A DNA stretch of 64,000 nt from Eledone cirrhosa (taxonomy: Eukaryota). The stretch is from positions 28,582,001 to 28,646,000 of the forward strand of contig OZ024762.1 in NCBI GenBank assembly GCA_964016885.1, written 5' to 3'. Positions 27,726 through 39,531 of the stretch are shown here, piece by piece. The translations under genes and the position numbers were made by a program. The first letter of the stretch is position 1. Every line of letters starts with the position of its first letter. A model generated the notes under the pieces. It ran no database searches and was not told the DNA's origin. It was given only the letters and a program-made list of their open reading frames with translations.

Positions 27726-28606
27726 GATGACACTGCTATCGTGATGGTGCTGCTGTAGTTTGACATATATATAGCCTTGGTTTATATAAATAAACATCAC
27801 AGGTATATTTCTACAGTTTACCAATGTACCGTATTTACCGGCGCCGAAGCCGTCAAAGTTTTTGAAAAAAAATATGAAACAACTTTTGACGCATGGTAGA
27901 TTTTTGAGACTTATATTAAGGAAAAAGTAACGTCTTCGACGCTGGGAAATATAGTACAAGGTATATAATTTACACTGTTAAATCTATCTCTGTATTTTAA
28001 GTATTTTCTATTATCTCATACTGTTTCTTTCTTATAAGTCCTATAAGAATGAATTTTTTGCTAAACTGCCATAGAGCAGACCTCTGAAGAGATAGAAGGA
28101 TATATTTTATATAGCATGCTGGAATACCACTACTTACATTGGAGAGAATTGCTCTGGACAGGAAAGTTGATATCTACAGTTTACCAATATAGAAATATAA
28201 AATTTCCACTGTTAAATCTATCTCTGCTTCTAAAGTATTCTGTATTATCTCATACTGTTTCTTTCTTATTTCAGAATATCAGATGATATTGGGATAAATT
28301 ATTATTTTCAATCTTGGATACATCACCTCTATTTAACATCATTTTAAGACTAAAACTTTCTAAGATCTTATATAAATCTCGTTGTATTACTGCGAAATAT
28401 TTCCTCAAAACTGAGTTTATTTTGCTTCCTATGAGATGGTTTTGTATTTTAACGAAACTTGGATGAAAATGAAGTTTGTATTATCTTTAGATATTAACTG
28501 AAATATAGTTGAGGGAAATATAGAAGAAGAAATATTTTATAAGAAATATAATATAAAAAATATTACAAGGAAAATATCTGTATATTCTGTTGAAGAAGAA
28601 ATAATT

Positions 28607-29192
<586 letters not shown>

Positions 29193-29756
29193 GGCATTGA
29201 CATCTGTGATAAATCTTTCCCTCAAATTTGTGAATTAATGAGAATACTAATACATATCATTGTGACATCTGAGGGAAATCATTCTCTTTGAATGTTACAT
29301 TAACTACACACAAACATATACAGGTGGGAAGTCATATCACTTTGATATATTTGGTAAATCATTCTTTAATTGTTGTGGCTTCACTAGACACTAACATATA
29401 CAGGAGAATGAAGCATATCACTGTGATGTCTGTGATAAATCGTTCTCTTGTAAAGATAACTTAATGCAACACAATTAGACAAGATAAAAACCATGTCACT
29501 CAGCCAAAATAGCGCCACCAATGTTAATATTTTGAATAAAACCGTTTTACGAAATTTTTCTTTCATTTTATTTGTAGAAGTTGTAACCAAGACGTGTGCT
29601 GACAAAACTGTATTGTTCAGAATTTACATACGCTATATATATGTGAATGTATGTGTGTAGAAATTTGTGTCCATGTATATGTTTGTATCTATGTTTGTAT
29701 ATACGTATGTGCATATCTGTGTTTGATTTATTTGTGTATGTATGTGTGTATATGTT

Positions 29757-30100
29757 CGTCATCAAAATCATCGTTTTTATGTCTATTTTACATGCTTGCT
29801 TGGTTGGACAGGTCCTTCTCAACATGGCATCTTTCAACACCTCTGCAGTCACAGCCCTTGTTTCGTTACCATGCATCATTGCACATCGCCCACATGTGTC
29901 ATACAGTTGTCCTTTTGTTCCAAGAGAGAAACCTTTTGTGGTCAACTGTTGCAGTAGCTCTCTATCCTTATTCTAGCTATTCATCTTTCAGAGCAGCCCT
30001 CTCAATCCTATCCTTATTCTAGCTATTCATCTTTCAGAGAAGCCCTCTCCACTGCTAATTAAGTCACCTAGATTGCAAAAGCTATCAACCACTTCTATGT
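29757..30100 (-). mobile_element. Degenerate RTE LINE 3' fragment
   Basis: Minus translation TKGFSLGTKGQLYDTCGRCAMMHGNET matches the RTE at 48923-50083. A longer paralog lies at 45372-46000. Confidence 0.85.
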
Positions 30101-30299
30101 GTGTCTAATTACATATATAATTAAGTCTGACATTTACTCCACTAAAGATTTACCTCCCTTTTTGACAATATGAAACTCTCCTCTGTTTAGGGTAAAAATT
30201 GTTGGAGGAAAGAACTTTTTAATATATTTGTCAGCATGCCTAATAAAGGGTCTGTTTGGAAGTGCCTCCCCTAATAAACAGTGGTGCCATAATTGGACT

Positions 30300-30808
30300 C
30301 AGAAACCAATGGTCACTCATACATGGTAAGTTAGCTAAGAATGTAGGTTTTACATGGGGTCACTGCACTGGAGCAGTAAGCAGGAATCGCTTTTAGGAGA
30401 CAAGCTCTATCAAATATTTAAAGGGTTCCATAGAACCAGTTGACAGTTTCTGTTACCTAGGGTACCAAATTAGCAGTGGAGGTAGGAGTTCTGAAAGTAC
30501 AGTAACCAGAGTAAGAACAAGATGGCAGAGGTTTAGGGTGCTACAACTGCTGCTAGCTACAAAAGTTTGTTTCATCAAATTGTTGTGTGCATATGAACAG
30601 CAATGCTGCATTGCAGTGAGGACCTCAGAAGATTGGATAGAAATGAAGCTTGAATTCTCTAGTGGATGTGTAATATTAATATACATGAAGGGCAAAGTGT
30701 AAATAAACTGAGAGAGAACCTGGGCATGAGAGGGAAAAGATACAGTATACAGAATAGGAGATTGCTGTGGTATGGACATGTGATGTATATGTAGGTAGAG
30801 ATGCTCCA
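30300..30808 (+). mobile_element. Degenerate RTE LINE fragment
   Basis: Remnants of VDSFCYLG-QISSGG, RVRTRWQRF and RRLLWYGHVM. Paralog at 46190-46905. Confidence 0.75.
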
Positions 30809-30994
30809 ATTTTCCTCCTCTCCATGTCTTAACACTCCACCCCTTTACCTACTAAGTACACCACCCTGACCTATCTCTCCATTCCCCACCCTACATACAC
30901 ACAACCCCATCCCCACTTTCTCATCTGATACACCTATACAAGTATGGAAAGCTTAACATGCTCTCCTCCAATACGACTGAAATGGCTAAACCCT

Positions 30995-31340
30995 CAGGCA
31001 ACCCTGTAAGGTGGTCATGACAAAAGAACACAGAGTCCTCTCTGTTAGGTGTAATATGACAAAAGAGCACCTAACCCTCCCTGCAAGGTAGTCATGCTGG
31101 TGACACAACAAAAACCACCCAGTCCACCCTGTAGGTTGGTCATGTTAGCAACACAACAATAAATACCAAGTCCACCCTGTAAATGTGGTTGGAGTTAGGA
31201 AGGGCATCCAGCCATAGAAACCAACCAGAAATGGTTCTAGCATGAGCAAGACAGGGTAATTTGATCTAAGTTTTCACACAACAGGACAACTTGTTTGACC
31301 CATGCTAGCATGTAAAATGGAGTTTAAACTGTGATGAGGA
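30995..31340 (+). mobile_element. RTE-tailed non-autonomous element with internal short repeats
   Basis: Repeated CACCCTGTAAGGTGGTCATG, then GTTAGGAAGGGCATCCAGCC and GACCCATGCTAGCATG tail. Paralog at 47150-47700 has more internal repeats. Confidence 0.65.
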
Positions 31341-31624
31341 TATATATATAATATATAATATACATCATCATCATCATCATCGACGTCTATCTTCTACACT
31401 AGCATGGGTTAGACTATACCCATGTATATTACTTGTACATGAAATAATTATTTATGTTGTTTATTACATAACTAATAAGCTCTGTATAAATTTTGTACAC
31501 ATATATATTTATATATATATAAATATACATGTAGTATTTCCGTTGAAAAGGTACAGGAAAAAAGATTGCTCTATGTAGGCTACAGAGCTTATTAGTTATG
31601 TAATAAATAACATAAGATAATTAT

Positions 31625-31685
31625 TTCATTTACCAGTGGTTTCTTGAAGGCAGATGTTATGTCTGTCTTCAGTCGTCAAAATGAA
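31625..31685 (-). ncRNA. Type I hammerhead ribozyme motif (C3U variant)
   Basis: Minus strand reads UUCAUU-UUGACGA-[cUGAAGaCAGA..UCUGcCUUCAa]-GAAA-CCactGG-UA-AAUGAA. Confidence 0.7.
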
Positions 31686-31717
31686 TAAATAACATCTTAT
31701 TTATAAGATCTTATGTA

Positions 31718-31778
31718 TTCATTCTGACGACTAAAGACAGACATATCATCTGCCTTCAAGAAACTACTGGTAAATGAA
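31718..31778 (+). ncRNA. Type I hammerhead ribozyme motif
   Basis: Stem I TTCATT/AATGAA; core CTGACGA 31724-31730; imperfect stem II; GAAA 31760-31763; stem III CTactGG; cleavage triplet GUA. Confidence 0.8.
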
Positions 31779-31902
31779 ATAATTATCTTATGTTGTTTAT
31801 TGCATAACTAAATATATGAATGGACCTGTTATTTTTATCTAAAGACATTTTTTTTCAATTCCAACCCGTCCATCCCCTCAATCTATTTGATTTCTCATTC
31901 TT

Positions 31903-31938
31903 TCTTTTGATGAAGGACTAGCGTCCGAAACGTTAAGA
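31903..31938 (+). ncRNA. Minimal hammerhead motif (C3U variant, palindromic ACGU stem III)
   Basis: TCTT-TTGATGA-a-GGACtagcGTCC-GAAA-CGT-T-AAGA. Stem I is TCTT/AAGA. Confidence 0.65.
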
Positions 31939-32022
31939 CCCTCTTCCTGCTATATCAAGTGTTAACCTAATATATACCTTCCATATACTGTACCGATTGT
32001 GTTGTTATTTATGTTTCCCTTT

Positions 32023-32059
<37 letters not shown>

Positions 32060-32064
<5 letters not shown>

Positions 32065-32835
32065 TATATTTTGAGAATAAACTCTCAGTCGTTTACAATA
32101 ATCAAGCTCTAAGAAAAGGGGCATTTCCGAGCAGTTAAATACATTAAAATATATGATAAACACAAAACGTGTTTGTATTGCAACAGACAAAGTTAGCTAT
32201 TAATGAAATAAACTAATTAAAGTGAATACAATTTGTCTGTCTCGATATAAGTCAATAAAGACAAGCTTATATTGCCAACGGCCATGATTCCTGGACAGAT
32301 TTAAATTTCAAAATCCAAACCTGTTCCGTAGACGAATTTGAACCTCGAAACCTAAATCCGTTTCGCAACGGTGGTATGTGAATTGAAAAATAAAGAGAAT
32401 CGAAATGGAATTGAAATAAAAAGTGAAATATCCAAATCTTCTGTGCTTATCAACAGGAATCCAGTAAAATTAGTACATCTCACATCAAAAATTTTGCAGG
32501 TCTGACTACACGTGTGTAGATAGGCCAAACTAGCCGTCCCGCATTCACGGTGCTAGAAATAACAGCCGTTTATGCGGGATTAAAGATCAGCTCTACAGTT
32601 AAGGAGCAATATACTATATTATATTTTGAGAATAAACTCTCAGTCGTTTACAATAATCAAGCTCTAAGAAAAGGGGCATTTCTGTCCAGGAATCATGGCC
32701 GTTGCCAATATAAGCTTGTCTTTATTGACTTATATCGAGACAGACAAATTGTATTCACTTTAATTAGTTTATTTCATTAATAGCTAACTTTGTCTGTTGC
32801 AATGCAAACACGTTTTGTGTTTATCATATATTTTA

Positions 32836-32840
<5 letters not shown>
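32060..32840. repeat. Combined direct and inverted local duplication flanked by (TA)n
   Basis: 32060-32127 is directly repeated at ~32616-32682. ~32139-32299 is inverted at ~32681-32840. Confidence 0.9.
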
Positions 32841-32888
<48 letters not shown>

Positions 32889-32982
32889 GGCTGAGGTTGA
32901 AGGAACAGAATAGCGGTCGCCCTCGGGTCTCGATTTTCAGCCCCATGGATTTTACCGATTACATTCACGTATTATATTTCGA

Positions 32983-33040
32983 ATACCTGATGATATCACC
33001 GGATTCATACGGAACCCGGTCATTGAAATGATCATAGTAT
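32983..33040 (+). ncRNA. Type I hammerhead ribozyme motif with palindromic stem III
   Basis: ATAC-CTGATGA-[ACCGG..TTC/GAA..CCGGT stem II]-GAAA-TGATCA-TA-GTAT. The core is fully canonical and stem I is ATAC/GTAT. Confidence 0.85.
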
Positions 33041-33503
33041 AATAAACCTTTCAAGGATTTACACAAATCCAGCCTCCTGTCATTTCATTATAATATATAT
33101 ATATATATATATATTCTGATTTACGATAAATTAAATACGATTGGAACTGTCTGAAGGTATTAAATTATATCAGGGACTTTTAACGTATGACACCGGTATG
33201 AGAGTTGAAACATTCTCAACGACACCGGGTACCAGCTGTCTTCATTATAACTTTAATTAATCTAATTATATCTTGTGTAACAATTATATATATATATATA
33301 CACAATTTTCTTTCCCAGACATCAGTCTTACACTGTCATATCTAGTCTTACTTTACAATTGTGTCTACTAAGAGCCCCATTACAATCTGTAGTAGTAAAA
33401 CTACTATTTCAGCAGAACTTCTGCTATCAGTCATTTATAGACAATATATATATTTTAGACCTCATATCAACCTAATATATTTATATTTCCTATCAAATCT
33501 GTA

Positions 33504-33712
33504 GCTAAAGACATAAAGTCAGCCTCACTACTTCATTCTGACAAGATATCAATTTATGACTAAAGATGAAGAGGATACACCAACGTTAATGTCGTGAAAT
33601 AAAGCTGATAACATCTTTGAAACTTCTAATTTGATAACAAAGAGATTATTTCTTTGGTTGTTTAGTAAAAACTAACAATACAACACATTGATTATATCTG
33701 AAGGAGGTAAGT
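33504..33712 (+). other. Candidate non-coding 5' exon of a ZNF transcript
   Basis: Non-TE-looking block conserved at 53432-53630, ending in a strong donor GAG|GTAAGT in both copies. The acceptor position is uncertain. Confidence 0.4.
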
Positions 33713-33997
33713 TGACAAAGATTTACTTAATGTCTATATTAATGTGTGTAAATAATATAATTATGTGAACTCTACAACGATCCAGTAATTAACCAGATTC
33801 CACTGTTACATGTGATATAAAATATATTGTTATCATGACTGTCTTTATTATTTAATTACCTCCGTCTATATTTCAACCACTGGAACAACCTCAAACAAGA
33901 AACAGTTGTCACACCCTCAGTCAATATTTTAAAGTAAAAAATCGAAATAAATATTATGAGTGTATATAGATAGATGTATGTTGTGTGTGTATATATA

Positions 33998-34392
33998 CAG
34001 TAATCCCCCGCTATATCGCGGTTCACTTTTCGCGGTCCCGTTACATCGCGGATATTTCTTTGGAACGTATCTAATTTCCTATCGCGGTAATCCTCGCTAC
34101 ATCGCGGATTTTTCGTTAGAACATATCTATTTTCTTATCGCGGTACGTCTGAATAAGAAGAGTTTAAATTTTAAACTTAATAAATAAGTTTCAATTTATT
34201 TGAAGTGTATATCATAAGGAAGGGACACCTTACGACCGTTACGGGCTGTTTTTTGGTGTTTAAATACAAAAGTGTGTTTTAATGAGTTTATATGTACTTA
34301 AAGCATGTATGAGAGGTATTTTAAGGCTTAAACTATGAAAACAACGGTTGTCTTTATGGTCTCTCTATATCACAGTTGGTTCTGGAAGGTAT
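33998..34392. mobile_element. pogo/Tigger-like non-autonomous DNA transposon, one end lost
   Basis: TA|CAGTAATCCCCCGCTATATCGCGG terminus with repeated ATCGCGG subterminal motifs. Partial paralog at 54950-55156. Confidence 0.7.
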
Positions 34393-34580
34393 CATGACTT
34401 AGTGGTTAGAGCATTGGACTTACTATTAAAAGGTGGTGAGTTCGATTCTCGGACCGGGTGATGTGTTGCGTCCTTGAGCAAGACACTTTATTTCACGTTG
34501 CTCCAGTTTACTCAGCTGTAGAAATGAGTTGTGATGTCACTAGTGCCAAGATGTATCGGCCAGTCTTTTTCTTGGACATA
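34393..34580 (+). mobile_element. tRNA/CORE-like SINE (family A) head and body
   Basis: A-box TTAGTGGTTAGAGC, B-box GAGTTCGATTC, CORE-like GTCCTTGAGCAAGACACTT, then GTGATGTCACT body. Paralog at 55157-55335. Confidence 0.8.
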
Positions 34581-34611
34581 TATATAGTGTATATATACTG
34601 TATAATATATA

Positions 34612-34948
34612 TCATCATCATCATCATTTCATTTTACGTCCGCTTTTTCCCTGCTTGCAAGGGTGGGACGGGAACTGATTCTGGCTTGATTTCTACAGCT
34701 GGATGCCCTTCCTAACACCAACCTCATTTACAGTGAGTGCTGGGTGCTTTTTTGGCGTGGCACCTACACGTCCACTTTGCAGTGGAATGATAGGAACCCC
34801 AGTCCCTATCATCTCATTTCTACAGCTGAGTAAACTGGAGCAATGTGAAATAAAGTGACTTGCTCAAGGAAACAACACATCGCCCGGTCTGAGAATTGAA
34901 CTCAACCTTTCGATTGCAAGGCTAATGCTCTAACCACTAAGCCATGTG
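34612..34948 (-). mobile_element. tRNA/CORE-like SINE with RTE tail (family B)
   Basis: Reverse complement of the element at 40577-40921. Confidence 0.88.
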
Positions 34949-35136
34949 ATGTCACTAGTGCCAAGCTGTATCGGCCATAGCCTTTTTCTTGGACATATAT
35001 ATTGTGTATATATACTGTACACAGTGTATATATACGTTGGGACGTCACTGGTGCCAAGATGTATTGGCCATTGCCTTTCTCTAGTGTATATAATATATAG
35101 TGTATATATACTGTACACAGTGTATATATATGTATA

Positions 35137-36440
35137 TCATCATCATCATCACCGTTTTACGTCCCTTCTTCGACGGTAGTATGGGTTAGACAGGTTGTCC
35201 TGTTGTGGGCAGTGCCAGGTAGGGTGACCTTGTCTTGCTCAGATGGGAACTGGTTTTGGCTTGATTTCTACAGCTGGATGCCCTTCCTAACACCAACTTC
35301 ACAGTGAGTGATGGGTGCTTTTTTGTTGTGACATCTCCACTTTACAGTGGTGTCTATGTGCTTCAGCTTCGGCTTGTACAACACAACCTCCTCTCCTGCA
35401 CACAGCATTTGATTCCTCTTATGCTTAGTCTCTCTCAATTTCTTAATGCTTTGCTGTTCGCGTATATTACTATTACACATCCATCGGAGCATGCAAGCTT
35501 CGTTTCTTTCTAATCTACGCAAGTCTTCTACAGACAGTGCCCAGGTCTCACTACCATGTAACATTGCTGTTCGTATGCACGCATCATACTGTCTGCCTTT
35601 CATTTTGAGTGAAAAGCCTTTTGTAGCTAGCAGTGGCAGTAGCTGCCTGAACTTCTTCAATCCCGTTGTTACCCTGGTTACTGTACTTTCAGAACATCCA
35701 CCTCTGCTACTGATTCGGTCATCTAGGTAGCAAAAGATGTCTATTGTTTCTACAAAGCTCTCCCAGAGTTTGGTGGTGCTTGTTTCTTTAGTTCTGCCAT
35801 AGATTCAGCTATAAGTGTAAGATCATCCACATATAGGAGTTCCTATGGGCATCCGGTCTTAAACTCTTCTGTTATAGCCTGCAATACTATAATAAACAGG
35901 AGAGTGCTAAGAACAGAGCCCTGGTGGACACCGACCTGTATGCTAAATTCCCCGCTATAGTCATTGTTAACTCTTTGCTGACTGCTTCTCTATACATGGC
36001 TTGTACAGCTTTCACAAGCCATTCATCTACTCCTAGTTTTGTAAGAGCCGACTAGCTTATAGCACGGGGCACTCTGTCAAAGGCTTTTTCCACATCGACA
36101 AGAGCCAGGTAGAGTGGCTTACTTTTAGCTAGGTACCTTTCCTGTAACTGCATCACAAGGAAGAGAGCATCAGTGGTGCTTTTTCCTGGCACAAGCCCAA
36201 ACTGCATCTCACCTAGTTTTAACCACTCACTGATCAACTGTGCTATGACTCTTTCCGTTACTTTCATAACCTGCTCCATCAGCTTTATACCTCTCTAGTT
36301 TATTCTATCTAGTGCATCTCTTTTCCCTTGTAGCAGTTGACGATGATGCTACTGCTCCAATCCTTTTGTATGATACCCTCTAGTATTACCTGGTTAACAA
36401 TATGTGGTTATTACCTTATCTACCTATTTGTCAGCTAATG
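35137..36440 (-). mobile_element. Degenerate RTE LINE with RTE-tailed cap
   Basis: QFGLVPGKSTTDA, DVEKAFDRVPR, GVHQGSVLS and AMLHGSETW motifs with frameshifts. Paralog at 55508-56870. Confidence 0.9.
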
Positions 36441-36772
36441 CCTACAAGGACTTGAGTGGACTCTCCTCTCCATCTAGTCTCTTGCACACAGCATACAGCA
36501 ATTTCCTTTCACTCTAGCATGTCTATAATTTCTCCTTCCCTTCCTTTCATTGTGCTTATGTTGATGCTGCCGACTCAGAGTTTTGGACATTTGCCATCAT
36601 TTGTAAGAAAGGGTGAATTTTGGCAGGGGAGTGTGTATGCTTCCTGTCTCTGAATTAAAGCTTTGCATGGGTGCTTGGTAACTCGCGGATTCATATTCAT
36701 TTATTTATTCGGGGTTGTTCCATTGACCTTTCGCTCCTCCATACATAACAGTAAACAAGTATTCTTTAGTGC

Positions 36773-37657
36773 AGGGCTAGAAGGCCAGTAGTAGCAATGA
36801 CAGAGTTTGTTGGGGCTAGTAAGGTCTAGAAGGACAGTAGTAGTAATGACAGAGTTTGTTGGGGCTAGAAGGACAGTAGTAGTAATGGCAGAGGTTGTTG
36901 TGGCTAGAAGGACAGTAGTAGTAATGGCAGAGGTTGTTGTGGCTAGAAGGACAGTAGTAGTAATGGCAGAGGTTGTTGTGGCTAGAAGGACAGTAGTAGT
37001 AATGGCAGAGGTTGTTGTGGCTAGAAGGACAGTAGTAGTAATGGCAGAGGTTGTTGTGGCTAGAAGGACAGTAGTAGTAATGGCAGAGGTTGTTGTGGCT
37101 AGAAGGACAGTAGTAGTAATGACATTTTGTTGGGGCTAGTAAGGGCTAGAAGGACAGTAGTAGTAATGGCAGAGTTTGTTGGGGCTAGTAAGGTCTAGAA
37201 GGACAGTAGTAGTAATGACAGAGTTTGTTGGGGCTAGAAGGACAGTAGTAGTAATGGCAGAGGTTGTTGTGGCTAGAAGGACAGTAGTAGTAATGACATT
37301 TTGTTGGGGCTAGTAAGGGCTAGAAGGACAGTAGTAGTAATGGCAGAGTTTGTTGGGGCTAGTAAGGGCTAGAAGGACAGTAGTAGTAATGGCAGAGTTT
37401 GTTGGGGCTGGTAAGGTCTAGAAGGACAGTAATAGTAATGACAGTTTGTTGGGGCTAGTAAGGGCTAGAAGTACAGTAGTAGTAATGGCAGGGTTTGTTG
37501 GGGCTATTAAGGGCTAGAAGGACAGTAGTAGTAATGGCAGAGTTTGTTGGGCTAGTAAGGGCTAGAAGGACAGTAGTAGTAATGGCAGAGTTTGTTGGGG
37601 ATGGTAAGGGCTAGAAGGACAGTAGTAGTAATGGCAGAGTTTGTTGGGGCTGGTAAT
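36773..37657. repeat. Mixed 39/49-bp minisatellite
   Basis: GCTAGAAGGACAGTAGTAGTAATGGCAGAG followed by GTTGTTGTG (39 bp) or TTTGTTGGGGCTAGTAAGG (49 bp). Confidence 0.97.
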
Positions 37658-38087
37658 GAGTAAGGACATGTTGCTGAGGTTTGATTGGTCAAATAGCCTA
37701 TGGTGGCGAGTGGGAAATTGTGAGATAGGTAGCCATCTTGACATATATCATCACAGGAGATTCGGGGGAAATAAGCAGATATAAGTAGGCATATTAGACA
37801 AGGCAAATATGCAAGAACATCGAAGATGGTCATCTAGCTTCGTAAACACCGAAATGAATGAGTGAGAGAAAGGGGAGGTAATGGCGGGGGTTAGGGATGA
37901 GTTTGTAGAGAAAGACACAATGTCCAACATGGTTTATTTCAAAAACAAGGTCGAAATATATACGTTGGGGAAACAAGTGAATGATAATAATAATAATGTA
38001 AACAGAACATTTTGAAATTGGGGAAGAGAGATAGCTGTAGAATAGAAATAATCTATGGATGTCTGGGTTATAAGTTATATATATATG

Positions 38088-38500
38088 TTGTGATGTCACT
38101 GGTGTCAAGCTGTATCAGCCATTGCCTTTCCCTTGGACAACATATATAGCGTATATATATATACTGTACACAGTGTTTATATATTATATAGTGTATATAT
38201 ATGTTCTGATGTCACTGGTGCCAATCTGTATCAGCCATTGGCTTTCCCTTGGACAACATATATAGTGTATGATATATATTGTGTATATATATGTTGTGTT
38301 GTCACTGGTACCAAGCTGTATCAGCCATTACCTTTCCTTTGGACAACATCGGTGGCATGGAGAGGGTAGACTGGTATACTTGGGTGACTGCTAGTCTTCC
38401 TCAAACAACCAGACTTGTGCCTCAGAGTGGAACTTTCTAGTTGCAAATCACATGGTCATTCGTGACCGATGGGGGTCTACGATATGTTAGGTGTGTATAT
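38088..38500 (+). repeat. Tandemly duplicated SINE family A body with TA-rich spacers, then SINE tail
   Basis: Three copies of GTGATGTCACTGGTGCCAAGCTGTATCAGCCATTGCCTTTCCCTTGGACAACAT. Similar copies at 34945, 40128, 55285, 58073 and 61356. Confidence 0.8.
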
Positions 38501-38539
38501 AGTAATGTGTGTATATATAGATGTGTATTGATGTCCAAG

Positions 38540-38778
38540 TGGGAGTCATTGATACCAATGCTAGGGAAGGCTGGTCTTCTATATAACATCAAAGATCTCG
38601 ATCCTGTGTCATTGTCTTTGAGAAGTGCAATTGTGTGAGGTCAGCTTTTATCACCTCATCCCAGATCTTCCTACCCCATAGCTTCCATCAATTGTGTGAG
38701 GTCAGCTTTTATCACCTCATCCCAAGTCTTCCTACTTCATAGCTTCCATCAATTGTGTGAGGTCAGATTTTATCACCT
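38540..38778 (-). mobile_element. RTE 3' end grading into 61-bp minisatellite (~2.5 copies)
   Basis: Minus strand reads ..WDEVIKADLTQLHFSKTMTQDRDL.., aligning to RTE C-terminus WAEVVRTDLRSLKLTVEMTRDRDE. Confidence 0.8.
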
Positions 38779-38781
38779 GAT

Positions 38782-39531
38782 GATATCTGTGGTAAATCAT
38801 TCTCTCAAATTAGTCATTTAAAAACTCACAAAGGTATACATACAGGAGACAAGCCATATCACTGTGATATCTGTGGTAAGTCATTCTCTCAAAGTAGTAC
38901 CTTAACTAACCACGAACGTATACATACAGGCGACAAGCCATACCACTATGATATCTGTGGTAAATCATTCTCTGAAAGTAGTACCTTAACTAGCCACAAA
39001 CGTATACATACAGGAGACAAGCCATTTCACTGTGATATCTGTGGTAAATCATTCCCTGTTAGTAGTCACTTAACTACTCACAAACATACCCATACAAGAG
39101 ACAAACCATGCCACTGTGATATCCGTGGTAAATCCTTCCCTGTTAGTGGTAAATTATCTATTCACAAACGTACCCATACAGGAGACAAGCCATATCACTG
39201 TAATATCTGTGGTAAATCATTCTCTCAAAGTAGTACCTTAACTAGCCACAAACGTATACATACAGGAGACAAGACATATCACTGTGATATTTGTGGTAAA
39301 TCATTCTCTCAAAGTAGTACCTTAACTAGCCACAAACGTATACATACAGGAGACAAGCCATATCACTGTGATATCTGTGGTAAATCATTCTCTGCTAGTA
39401 GTAACTTAACTAGCCACAAACGTAGCCATACAGGAGACAGGCGATATCACTGTGATATCTGTGGTATATCATTCTCTGGGAAAAGTAGCCTAACTACTCA
39501 CACACTTATACATGCAGAAGAGAAATCATAA
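38782..39531 (+). pseudogene. 5'-truncated C2H2 zinc-finger array (unit 2, 9 fingers, frame still open, no ATG)
   Basis: Manual translation [25 protein letters not shown]...HAEEKS* has no internal stop. An upstream in-frame TGA lies at 38758. The first finger is truncated and fingers 3 and 5 each lack a Cys. Absent from the ORF track. Confidence 0.9.

Larger units (their letters stand above)
31439..31811. repeat. Nested inverted repeats (Penelope-like LTR fragments)
   Basis: 31439-31486 is inverted relative to ~31581-31630. ~31590-31687 is inverted relative to ~31716-31811, with a ~28-nt spacer. Confidence 0.9.

Noticed and set aside
28078-28180. CTGAAGA...GAAA possible hammerhead upstream of ZNF
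   Set aside because: No adjacent stem I or stem III pairing can be drawn, and the paralog at ~63370 does not support one.
34393-34460. tRNA genes at A/B-box sites (also 40580 and 55157)
   Set aside because: They continue into CORE-like SINE bodies and lack a complete acceptor stem, so they are SINE heads.
36807-37139. 110-aa ORF of ARRTVVVMAEVVV repeats
   Set aside because: By-product of a 39-bp (13-codon) minisatellite and not conserved in the paralogous array.
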